A DNA stretch of 63,516 nucleotides, filler included. It is 12 parts of 12 records of this genome, joined end to end, with 100 filler letters (N's around TTAATTAATTAA, not from the genome) between each part and the next. Parts side by side here need not be neighbours in the genome. Positions count along the whole stretch, not along the records: positions 36,294 to 44,120 come from SRR15195285_386; positions 44,221 to 47,639 come from SRR15195285_387; positions 47,740 to 54,314 come from SRR15195285_389; 9 more parts are not named here. One strand, written 5' to 3'. Made by a program: the position numbers and the translations under genes. The first letter of the stretch is position 1. The number at the start of each line of letters is the position of its first letter. Shown one piece after another: positions 40,501 through 50,842 of this stretch. The notes beneath the pieces are model-generated. The model saw only the letters and a list, made by a program, of their open reading frames with translations. It made no database searches and was not told where the DNA came from.

Positions 40501-43500
40501 CGACTTGCCAAGAATCAAACGTGATAATCTGAAATGTAGTGGTCAACGCGATCGTGAACGAATCGTAGTGGGCGCGAGGCTTCTGCTCAAAGCTGTCGAA
40601 CTTGCCACCGAATAGTTGCATTCCGAGCACCGTGAAGATGAACATGAATAGACCAGCCAGTGAAGCAATGTACACCAAGCCAGCAACTGTTTTGACGCAC
40701 ACGCGGTACACTGGCTCGAGTTTCGGTAGAGTATAAATCAGGCGTAGAGGCCTCAGTACACGCATCACGATGAACACGTCGCTGAGACCAGCGTCGGACG
40801 CACTTTCTTCTGTTGCACCAGCAACGACCCACTGTGCAAAGTAGACAGCTACTATGTCCATAAGGCCAAACGTCACCATCACAAGGTCAGGGCGCGCGCC
40901 TGTTACAGCAAAAAACTCATCCCAACCAAAAGCCATCGATCTGGCCCACATTTCAAATGCGAACAAGAGTGTCAACCACACATTTGCGGTGTGCAGAAGA
41001 TCGGCATTATCACGAGTGATGTCATGATGATCGAGCGCAAGCACGAGTGTGTTGGCTACGATCATGGCGACGACAGCGTAACGGAATCCGCCACTTTGGA
41101 GGACAGCGCGCAAATTTTGTTTCCACGTTGGCATCGCGACTCCTGCCCCGCGAGCGATTCTGGTGGCAATCTCATCATCGAAGTTTTTCGCGTTGTCCTG
41201 AGTTGGTCTGAAGACACCCGCATCCGCAGTCATCGTATCTGAAACCAATTTCGAAATCTCTGGGGCGCCCTTGGATCTAATCGCGGCCTTGACTTTGACC
41301 CACTGCGACTCAACTGTTTCCTCGACTACCCAGGCAGCGAACTCATCGGCATCAACGTCGCCTGACTGTTTTGTATCAATTTCGTTAAACACCTGTTCGA
41401 TCTCTTCGTTACTAATGTGGTGCAGTCGCATCCCAATATCCCGACGCAGCAGCAATCCAAACTCGTCCTGTCCCATCCTGCAGTCGCCGTCTAAATCATA
41501 GTACTCGAACAGGTTGTTCCAGTCGTTGTCCGGCTGGAACAAGCGTAATTTCGCGCGAATTTGATCAACCTTCGGTAACTCCTCGTTTACCGTTCCGACC
41601 TGCGCGGCAGCAGTGTAGTTTAGGCAATAACGCAATGCAAACAGGCAGGCGACCAGCGAGGGACCAGCATGCAAGCAGCATCCGTACGTCAATTCCTGCG
41701 GTCGATTGCTACATCATCCCAGGAACGGGTTTGAGGCACGACGCCAGAAGCACGTTGGTTAGCTAACTTTGTTGTGACCACAGCGACACAGTGAGACGCT
41801 GGCTGGAAAAAGTCAGACTGTCGCGAGGTGCGCTCTTACTTGATGAAGGCTCCGTGTTTGTCCGACATCCATCCGCTCACGTAGCTGGGCAGCCAAGACG
41901 TCATCACCTCTGAGCCACGTGGTGAACTCGATCATATCAATGGTGCCACCACCATCTGTATCGATCTTGTCGAACAGGATCTGTAGTTTTTGTTCTGTCA
42001 TGAAGACGCCTTTGTCCTTCAAGATCATGTCCAACTCGTCACGGTCGAGCTCACCGCTGCCGTCTTCATCGACCATGTCAAACAGATCAGCCCCTTCATC
42101 AGCCACGGCCATCGCGATCTCGAATTTGGATTTGAGCACAGCAACGAAAAGATTGAAAAGGAAGTAGCCTCCGAAGACTGTTCCGAACAGAAAATACACC
42201 GTTGCGATATCACCGGTTACGTCCTGCATGATATGCATCACCTCTTGCCATGATGAAACGGTCACCATCTGCATGACTGGGATGCAGGCGCCCCCGAAGC
42301 TGTCGAAGTTCAGGACACCATCGTATGGATTGTCGTAGTGGAGTACACATACATCTTGCGCCCCGGTGCACGTCTTGCCCTCAAAGAGTGTTGCCCAGCC
42401 GCCTGAGCCCGTCGATGCACGATCACAGAAGGCCGCATTGTTGTTCACGACCAAGGCCTGCGCTGCAGCACATATCTCCTCTTCCCCTGGAACGCAGGTC
42501 TCAGTCGCTCGAGTGTCGACCGTAGTTTGACAGCGCTGAAGCATCACGCCCTGCCACAACTGCACTCCGACTACAGCAAATGTGAACACATAGATCAAGA
42601 CCATGATCGCCAATACCTGCATCTGTGGGATTGACATCAGGATTGTCGAGACCAGCCGCTTCAAGCCTGGAAAACGATTAATCGTGCGCAGAGGGCGCAA
42701 CAGCCGGAAGGCACGGATTGCACCACCACTCGAAGATGACTCGGAGAAGATGTAGGGTAGCCAGCTAGTCAGCACGACAACGGCGTCTAGAATATTCCAC
42801 GGCGACTGTAGATATGTGTGCGGGCCGTTGACCAGGCCCAAGGCGAAGATCTTCAAGCACATCTCGATCGTGAACAAGATATTCTGCGGACCAGTCAGGG
42901 GTAAGCATTTCGCACGCTCGGCCAAGACTGTAGCAAGGGAAGCGGCACTGGTGCTAGGACAAGCAAGGGTCCAACAGAACGCACAAAGCTCAGCTCCGCA
43001 GCGGTCATCCACTCTGGATTGTTCTCTGGACGCAGTGGATCCTCGAGCGCCATGAGCACGGAGTTGCAGCCGATCAGACCAAGCACGACGTAGTCGAAGG
43101 CAGACATCGAGACCAGTTTGATGGCGGCCAGTCGGGCTGGGTTCTCTAGCGCCAAGAAGCCGAGAGAAGAAGCCTCGAAAGCACCAGCCGGCAGGCCATT
43201 CGGCCTGGCACCCGCTCGTGCCTCTTCTTCGGCAGCTACCATCTCAGACTCTCGGACCTCCTCTAGGATCGGATCGACAAACTCTTTGAAGCCCTCGAAA
43301 TCCAGCTCGGGCTCTTCGCCAGCTAGCAGCTTGGTCTTCAGCTTGCTCTCGAGCATACGGTGGACTTGATCCTCCGACGTTGGCACTCCCAGGAGCTCAA
43401 CGAAGCGCGAGAGCTCTATCATGTCCAAGCCGCCGCTGTCGTCCGCGTCCAGCACGCGGAACATCTGTTCGACCGTGAGCACAGTGCCTGGCTCGACGAT

Positions 43501-43716
43501 CTCATCGTCAATGGACAGCTCTCTGCTTAGCACAGGCTTCAGCTTCGGCTGTTTCCGGGACCCGAAGCTTCCTTTGGAGGAGAGCACCGCCTGCGGCCCC
43601 GCCATCGTCTCCTCCGCTGCGATCCGCTTCGACTCTCGCAGCTGGCCGCTTGATGTTACCACTGGCAGTCCAGCCATTTCTACCACCCCGTCATCCATCG
43701 CGTCCATCACGTCCAT
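37538..43716 (-). CDS. Four-domain voltage-gated cation channel (Cav/Nav superfamily) with multiple EF-hands, 3 exons
   Basis: Four S4 segments: IRAFRLLRPLRTINR, MRVLRPLRLI, LRTLRLLRALRALRMFNR and FRVIRVSRVIGRIGRIFK. Four pore loops and S6 helices (LFNLFVAV, MLNLLLVII, FLNLFIGVI, LEMFVNVV). Exons about 43716-42985, 42883-41840, 41599-37538; the second intron boundary is less certain. Confidence 0.93.
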
Positions 43717-44388
43717 CCCCTCGGGTCACGAAACGCCCGTCTCCCCACCCATACCAGTCACTGGCAATGCCCCGGCGCGCCAGGAGCGAAAGTCGACCGC
43801 GCTGCTCTCGGGCTCCGCCTCCGCCTCGCTACACCATCTCCCAGCCGAGCCGTCTATCTATCTCGATCCATCACTGGGCAACCAGCGATGGCCCTCCACC
43901 CACACAGCAGCACGGCGTCCCCCCTCCAGGTGGACCACCCTCCCCAGCCAATCGTATGGCCCCAGTCAAATGTCTGGGACGATGATCATGAATGGGGCAC
44001 GGCTCCACCCCACACAGCACACCACTACAGCCATGCCTCGCCCACCCCCATCCACACCCCCCAGCCACCTCCCCAGCCAACTCTACGCACGGGAAAAGTC
44101 CGCTTTTTCGCCCCAGTCAANNNNNNNNNNNNNNNNNNNNNNNNNNNNNNNNNNNNNNNNNNNNTTAATTAATTAANNNNNNNNNNNNNNNNNNNNNNNN
44201 NNNNNNNNNNNNNNNNNNNNCGCTGTATCACGTCGGCCAGTATCGCTGTGCGCGGGGAACGAATCGAATGCGCGCGCATTACTGCCGCGCGCGCACCCGC
44301 CGCCGCGCGCGCGGGAACGCGCGCGCGCGGTTGTGCCGTGGCCAGCGGTCGACACGCGCTGCCGCTGCTGCACGTGAACGAAGAGAAC

Positions 44389-47110
44389 ATGGCAGCTGTA
44401 GACCTCGTGATTCGCAATGGCCGTATTGTGGACGGTACGGGCGCGCCGAGCTACATCGGGGATGTGGCAGTCGTCGATGGGAAGATCTCGGCGGTGGGGC
44501 CGAAGCTCGACGTGACGGCGGAGAAGGAGATTGATGCGACAGGCAAGATCGTGGCCCCCGCATGGGTGGACTGCCATACGCACTTGGACGCCCAGATCAT
44601 GTGGGACCCGTGGATGGCACCCGCTACGACGAACGGCATTGGTACTGTCGTGTTCGGCAACTGTGGATGCGGCTTCGCGCCATGCATCAAGGAGGACCGC
44701 AACTTCCTCATCGAACTCATGTAAAACGCCACCTGCTTGCAACGCTAAGCACATGATGCCACCCACAAGTAATGTCGCTTTACCCAGCGCTGCCACCTGT
44801 TGTGCCATAGGGAGGGCGTCGAGGACATCCCAAAGGCCTCACTGGAAGAGGGCATGGGTGATTGGGGGTGGGAGACGTTTCCACAGTGGTTGGACTACGC
44901 CGAGACGCTGCACACGGCGTGTGATTTCGCAGCACTGATCGCGCACGGTGCCGTGCGAACTTACGTGATGGGAGAGCGTGGCGCAGATCATGAAGAGGAG
45001 ACCACGCCTGGTGACCTGCAGGCCATGCACGCTGTTGTTCGACAGGCAGTCGAAGCTGGTGCCATCGGCTTCGCCTCCAACCGTGCGGATGGCCACCAAG
45101 ACATGAGTGGCAACCCAGTCCCTGGCACTTTCGCCAAGGACGACGAAGTCGTCACGATAGCAAAGGCGGTCAACGCTGCAGGTGGTGGCATCTTTGAGTG
45201 TGTCAGTGGCTTCCTGATGGACAATTCGCTCACGATTGCGTTGAAGGAGCGCGAGCTCTACGAGCAGATCTCGACTGCGGGCGGACCTAACATGCCTATC
45301 GTCTTCAACATCCACCCGTTCACAGAGGAGTGGAACAACGATACGCTCTCCTGGCTCACCAACTGCCACGCCAAGGGGATGCCGCTCTATGGGTGCACAT
45401 CCGTCAAGGCCATCGCGACCCTTGCATCTATGGAGTCGAATGTCAATCCCTTCATGGCTGCATCACCGACCTATCTCCAACTCTCTGTCCTTGACCGGTG
45501 CGCTTGCTCTCTCTGTATGATGCGCCCTGTTTGGCGACCGCTAACTTTGTATTCTGGACCAATCAGGGAGGAGCGTGTCGGTGAATTGTCGCGCCCAGAG
45601 GTGAAAGAAGCTGTGCTGAAAGAGTGTCACGCCGCCCGCGAGGAAGGACGCTGGCATGGTGGAGGCAGCGGGTACCCGATGGTGGAAGCACCGGGTGAGT
45701 GGATTGACTTCGGCACCTATGGTGAGTCATTCAGCATCTGCTACGCAAGAGCACAACCTTGTCATTGCCTTGTCATTGGATCCAGTATTGATTAGCCAGG
45801 TGGAGTGAGTGGTTGCCCCTGACTATACTGTGGATGCAAATGATGATTTGCTACGACCGAATGCAGAGCCACAGCCGGAGTACATGGTGAAAGAGATTGC
45901 TAAGCGTGAAGGCCGTGATCCGATTGAGTACCTTTATGATCACTTCCTCACCCGGGACGGCCGTGGAGCTATCTACCAGTGCGGTATTGGCTATGGCGTG
46001 AACACACCCTATGGTGCGAACACACTTGACGGTGCGTGTCCTTATACCTTGAGGCTATGCAATCTGTCTTGTCTGTTTCTCTCTAGCTTGGTACGCTGCA
46101 TGTTGATCGTCCACTGGTGCTGCCTTGATGTAGGCATGCGTGAGATGATGACGCACCCTTGCTGCGTCATCGGTCTTGCCGACTCGGGAGCACACGTTGG
46201 CGCCCAGACAGATAGCTGCAACGCCACGTATTTGATGTCATACTGGGTACGAGACCGCAACAAGCTCACGGGGCGTGATGGCATCGAGCTCGAGCAAGCG
46301 GTGTATCTGCATACGAAGGAGCCTGCTGACATCTGTGGTTTGACCGACCGTGGCGCGCTCCAGTGAGACAGTCGCACGCGTGCTTTGTCTCGCATATTCC
46401 TCTCCCCTGCTGCTCTTGATGAAGCCGACAGAGTCATTTAGTTTTCGTCTGTTCGTGTCTTCCCTGTCGAGCTCAGAGTGGGCCTCAAGGCAGACATCAA
46501 CGTCATCGACATGGAGAAACTGCGCATTCAGCACCCGTGTATGCACTCAACACAGCGTTGCTCGCATTGTCCGTTTGATGCACGTGCACATCTGCAGTTA
46601 GATCACCACTGCCATTTCGTGTGATGGACCGGTGGACATATTTTTCTGCGCAGACGTTGCTTACGAGCTGCCGACGGGAGCTAAGATCTGGACGCAAGAT
46701 GTAATTGGGTACGATTACACTATCATCTCTGGCGTCATCACCTTCAAGGACAATGTCAAGACGGGGGCATTGCCGGGTGGACTCATTCGCAATCCACGCA
46801 CGCAACATGTTCGTGATGCAGGGGCGGTGTCTGGTGAGTGCACGATATTGGCACCACTCAGTATTGACTGCGATGTGCGATTGAACACGATTGATTATTC
46901 TGTGTCTTGATGATTTTGCTTCGTTGTGCACCATCCTGTCATGCAGAGGTCGATCTTGACTTTGTCATGGCACAGCGCGGCCCAGCAACGCGTCCACTGA
47001 TCGGCCGTGGTGACGTGGGTGGTATGGGCGCAAGTCAAATTGGTCGCCGTTTCCGTGAGGAGCTTGCAGAGGCGGCGAAGCAGCTGAACCTGCAGAAGGC
47101 CAACCTCTGA
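44389..47110 (+). CDS. N-acyl-D-amino-acid deacylase family amidohydrolase, up to 8 exons
   Basis: DLVIRNGRIVDGTGAP...VAPAWVDCHTHLDAQIMWDP...GTVVFGNCGCGFAP...M|EGVEDIP; IGLADSGAHVG; DRGALQVGLKADINVID. Introns 44721-44810, 45498-45566, 45722-45866, 46032-46133, 46363-46476, 46539-46653, 46834-46946. Confidence 0.9.
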
Positions 47111-47949
47111 GGCTCGACATGACTGTGTGCAGGTGTGTGCACGTGTCTTATCTTACAGCTGTAAATATATGTACCTCGTAGTGCACACTAGACCCAGCTA
47201 CTAGCATGGTTGCAGAGTCTATCATCTGGCTATGAGAAATCCGTGCATAGTCCAATTTTCCGATAAGTTATTGCCTTTTGCGTCTCGCTTAGAGGCAGAC
47301 ATTAGGAACTAGGGGTCTTGCATTGATCGTGGCCTACCCATTCCACCAGCATCTGCACCATGCACCCGCAAGGTAGCGAGGTGGCTGCGGCTGACGTGAC
47401 GCTGAGAATTGCCAGAGTAGTAGAGAAAGCAGATGGCACGGTAGGTATCTTCTACGAGTCGAACGTTCTTGAGTTACACTCAGATATATTCCCGCGGTAT
47501 CATAACGGGTCTATTCGGCGCGCGGTGCGCGGCGCCTCGCGGCCCGCGCGCGCGCGGCGGCCGAGGGCGGCGGCCGGCGCGGGCAGCGCGTGTGGCCGGC
47601 GTGTGGCATGGGGCCTCCGAACGAAACGTAGCCGTTACGNNNNNNNNNNNNNNNNNNNNNNNNNNNNNNNNNNNNNNNNNNNNTTAATTAATTAANNNNN
47701 NNNNNNNNNNNNNNNNNNNNNNNNNNNNNNNNNNNNNNNCTTACAATATGGGCACTGTGCAGTCTCATCCGAGGCATATAAGGCGCTTCGAACCGCGCGC
47801 TTCGCGCCCGCGCGCGCGCCACCATGGGCAGCCGCTAATTCGACTTATATTCTGTGAGATGACATGACAGGGCAGCGACGCTAAGCTTCTGTCACCACGC
47901 TGTTCCTACAGTCACAGAGCGTGTCATTGCCTCATGCTTGTAGACGCTG

Positions 47950-50268
47950 CTAAGCTAAATTTACCAGCACAACGGCCACATCGCCTACCTCCACTACTAC
48001 CCGCATCGAGTTGTTAGCTACCACAAGTGGTAAGCCGTTTTTGGTTGCAAGCGTGGCGCTTGAGACCGTCCCGTAGGCTTCCTTCAGCCGTAGCATTGTC
48101 ACTAGACGCTTGCTACCGTCAATCTGCGCCATCGCCGCTGGCTGCTTGCTGACGCCATTGTTGTTGACTATTGTCACTTGCCAACCTTTGGATGTGCGAC
48201 CCAACGCCATCTCGAGCTGCTGCAACATGTCGTCACCGCGAGAGTCCACGAGTTCAAAAGGCAATATATCTGTCGCCAATCGTTTAAGCAAGTGTTCGAT
48301 TATACCAAATCGTTCCAAGACGGTGGCAGATTCTAGCAACAGGGTGATAACGCAGCCACTACCGACATTATGCTTCAGTGCGATTGGTACCACTGTGTCA
48401 TTCTCAAAAGTCCCCTCTAGTAGCACGGATGCGGTCGTCAACGCTACTCCACGAAGTCCAAGTGGCCGTGGTGGCAGAATTGGTTGCTGTCCCCATGTGG
48501 GACAACCGATATCGTTGCTCTCGGCTGGCTGACATGGGAGGCACTCCACGCGTTGTGTTATTGCTTCTTCGCACTGTTTTTGGGTCGCGAACCACCGGCA
48601 TGCTGCGTTGCTTACTCGGCAGCACTTGTCTGTATGACTCCAGCCCGCGCTACGCGTTGGGTCCCCACCAGTTTTTATATACCAGCTAGCCTGTGGTGCT
48701 GCAGATTGTGCAACGCAGAATGGGCGTGAGTTGTTTGCGAGACCAGGGCGTCCAGGCGTATTGTTATGCCACGAGGTCTCCAGATCCCGCACCGCCTTGA
48801 GCTTTGGCTGCAGCTCCATGTTGTTGCTAAACGTAGCCCCGATTAGACGAGCAGTGATATCTACATCTGCAGCCAGTTGCGATGCGAATACAACGGCTGT
48901 ACCTCCGTCCGTAATCCACTGTTCCAGTAGAGCCACCTTCGGGGTACAGAGCGACACGTTGCCAGCAGCGATAAACACTCTGTACAGGTGCAACGAATCA
49001 GTAAAATTGTACTCAGACAGAATATCAAATGAGTCTCCGTACGGTGATGGCACCAAGTAGTTGGACTCTGCGCCCAGGCCTTTCGATTTGATCTTCCAGC
49101 TTCCGGGCCACAGCGACTGCATGAGACTCCATGCCACTTGATCAGATCCAGTGAGCTCAAACATATTCCAGGTGCGTGGCCCGTCATGGCCAAGTACGAG
49201 CCCGAGGCCAAAGCCGTGTGCATGCTCGAGTACGACAGCAAACGGTACGTATGGAATTGCTCGCTCGTGAATACCTTTTACGAATTCGCTGAACGTACGG
49301 GCCTGCTCTCCAAGTGGCGAGAGGGGCAGGACGCCGTCAGTACTCCCGTGCTCCAGAAACAGATTCACACCTCCCGCCTCTATGATTAGATGGTTGGCAC
49401 CAGACAAATACGAAAGGTACCATGATCGCTTGAACAATGACAGAGAGTGCCCCCCGGCGCCACCGGCTGCTGAGGCTGGACCCCATGGCCGCTTACTGCT
49501 GTAGTCAGTGATAAACCCTTCATCCCACGGGGACACATCGATTGCCCAAGGTAGATTATATTGGCGCCCTGCACCTCGTGTCAGTGCAAAGTGCGCCTGA
49601 ATACTATTGATATTCTCTTGAATCTCCGCAGCAACCACTGCAGTATGGCCACGTTGGACACCAAAGCCTGCATAAAAGTAGTGCCCGATCAGGTTGAACA
49701 CAGAGGCAGCTGCTCCTGGGGCAGAGGTGGCTTCGGATAGCCTGCAGTCGTAGTATGCATTCATCCTGGCCATCGCTTCGAGCTTCGTGCTCGGTACAAT
49801 GCCTTTCTGCGCCAGAGATGGCAAGGTTAGGTTAACACAGGGGCTCGAGCTGAAGTGTGGATACACAAAAGTTTGAAATTCGTAGCCCCACTCGCCAATG
49901 CCTCCCATCGCACTATCTCCGACCGTCTGACCGAGGCCATTGCACTCCAGTCCTGGTGTCAGCAGATCGCCAAAGTGTTTGCTGGCTTCGACAACCGCTG
50001 TCTTATTGAAGAGCGTGTCACAGCACGAAGCAGCCACAACCCACGTCCGGTTCGTTCTATCGTACGGCAACGGTAGAAATTGCAGGCCGCCAAACGATGA
50101 GAACGGCAGTGGGCTGAACCGAACGAGCGTCGGGTCATAATTGCGACTAGTTTGCAGAGGACCATGGAGGCCGTCGGGACGAATACCACTTGCACTACTG
50201 CAGTCGAGATACAGACACACAGCAGCCAGCAACTTCACCAACGGTTCTATAGAAGGTCGCAGCACCAT
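47950..50268 (-). CDS. Secreted protein, possible glycoside-hydrolase-like TIM barrel plus GATase-like/beta domains
   Basis: Intronless ORF of about 770 aa with a signal-peptide-like LVKLLAAVCLYLDCSSASG. Blocks GEWGY, AEIQENINSIQAHFALTRGAGRQYNLPW and GHSLSLFKRSWYLSYLSGA; LEQWITDGGTAVV resembles the GH42 middle domain. The fold call is inference. Confidence 0.65.
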   Translation of the reverse strand: MVLRPSIEPLVKLLAAVCLYLDCSSASGIRPDGLHGPLQTSRNYDPTLVRFSPLPFSSFGGLQFLPLPYDRTNRTWVVAASCCDTLFNKTAVVEASKHFGDLLTPGLECNGLGQTVGDSAMGGIGEWGYEFQTFVYPHFSSSPCVNLTLPSLAQKGIVPSTKLEAMARMNAYYDCRLSEATSAPGAAASVFNLIGHYFYAGFGVQRGHTAVVAAEIQENINSIQAHFALTRGAGRQYNLPWAIDVSPWDEGFITDYSSKRPWGPASAAGGAGGHSLSLFKRSWYLSYLSGANHLIIEAGGVNLFLEHGSTDGVLPLSPLGEQARTFSEFVKGIHERAIPYVPFAVVLEHAHGFGLGLVLGHDGPRTWNMFELTGSDQVAWSLMQSLWPGSWKIKSKGLGAESNYLVPSPYGDSFDILSEYNFTDSLHLYRVFIAAGNVSLCTPKVALLEQWITDGGTAVVFASQLAADVDITARLIGATFSNNMELQPKLKAVRDLETSWHNNTPGRPGLANNSRPFCVAQSAAPQASWYIKTGGDPTRSAGWSHTDKCCRVSNAACRWFATQKQCEEAITQRVECLPCQPAESNDIGCPTWGQQPILPPRPLGLRGVALTTASVLLEGTFENDTVVPIALKHNVGSGCVITLLLESATVLERFGIIEHLLKRLATDILPFELVDSRGDDMLQQLEMALGRTSKGWQVTIVNNNGVSKQPAAMAQIDGSKRLVTMLRLKEAYGTVSSATLATKNGLPLVVANNSMRVVVEVGDVAVVLVNLA

Positions 50269-50842
50269 TGCTAACGAACGCGTAATCGAGGCACCCGAAG
50301 CAACGCGTGAACACGAGAATCCCGCCCCGCACCGCTCGCTCGGAGCGCGAGGGACGGCGCCGCTATTCATACCCCCGCCGGGCCGCCTACGATAGATCTA
50401 GCGCGGCGCGCCTGCCGCCTCCCGCGCGCGGCACCGACGCCGCCCGCGCGCGCCGGCGCCTGCCCTCGCGCTCATGCATGCATGCCTAGACAGTAGCTAC
50501 CAGTAGCAGTACACAGGCGTACCGGGCGGTGTACATGTCCGGTACCTCGCGTGCCTACTAGTATACCGCGTTTACCATCGCAGCTGAGATATGCAACTGT
50601 CTCACTGCTAAGAAACACTCGCTACTTGCAGCGCGCCGGTGGCAGCAGCTCAGCAGCTGGCCACCTGAGATCTGTAAATTTAGCACTCCGTCACCAGGCA
50701 TTGATTCCAGGGTGCTGTACAATGCAAACGCGCTGCTGGTGAAGCCACGGTAACTAGCCTGCAGGGCCTAGAGTGGACAGGCTGTGTGCGCGCGCGATCT
50801 GCGACCGTGGTTTTCGTGCACGCCGAGACGGTGCCTGTAATT

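Noticed and set aside
41688-41695. Possible 8-nt micro-exon GAATTGAC in the channel's second intron
   Set aside because: Its donor phase (2) does not match the downstream acceptor (phase 0). A direct 41840-to-41599 splice keeps the frame.
47360-47639. ORF MHPQGSEVAAADVTLRIARVVEK... at a contig end
   Set aside because: It runs into a GC-rich island and the spacer with no family motif, so it is probably non-coding.
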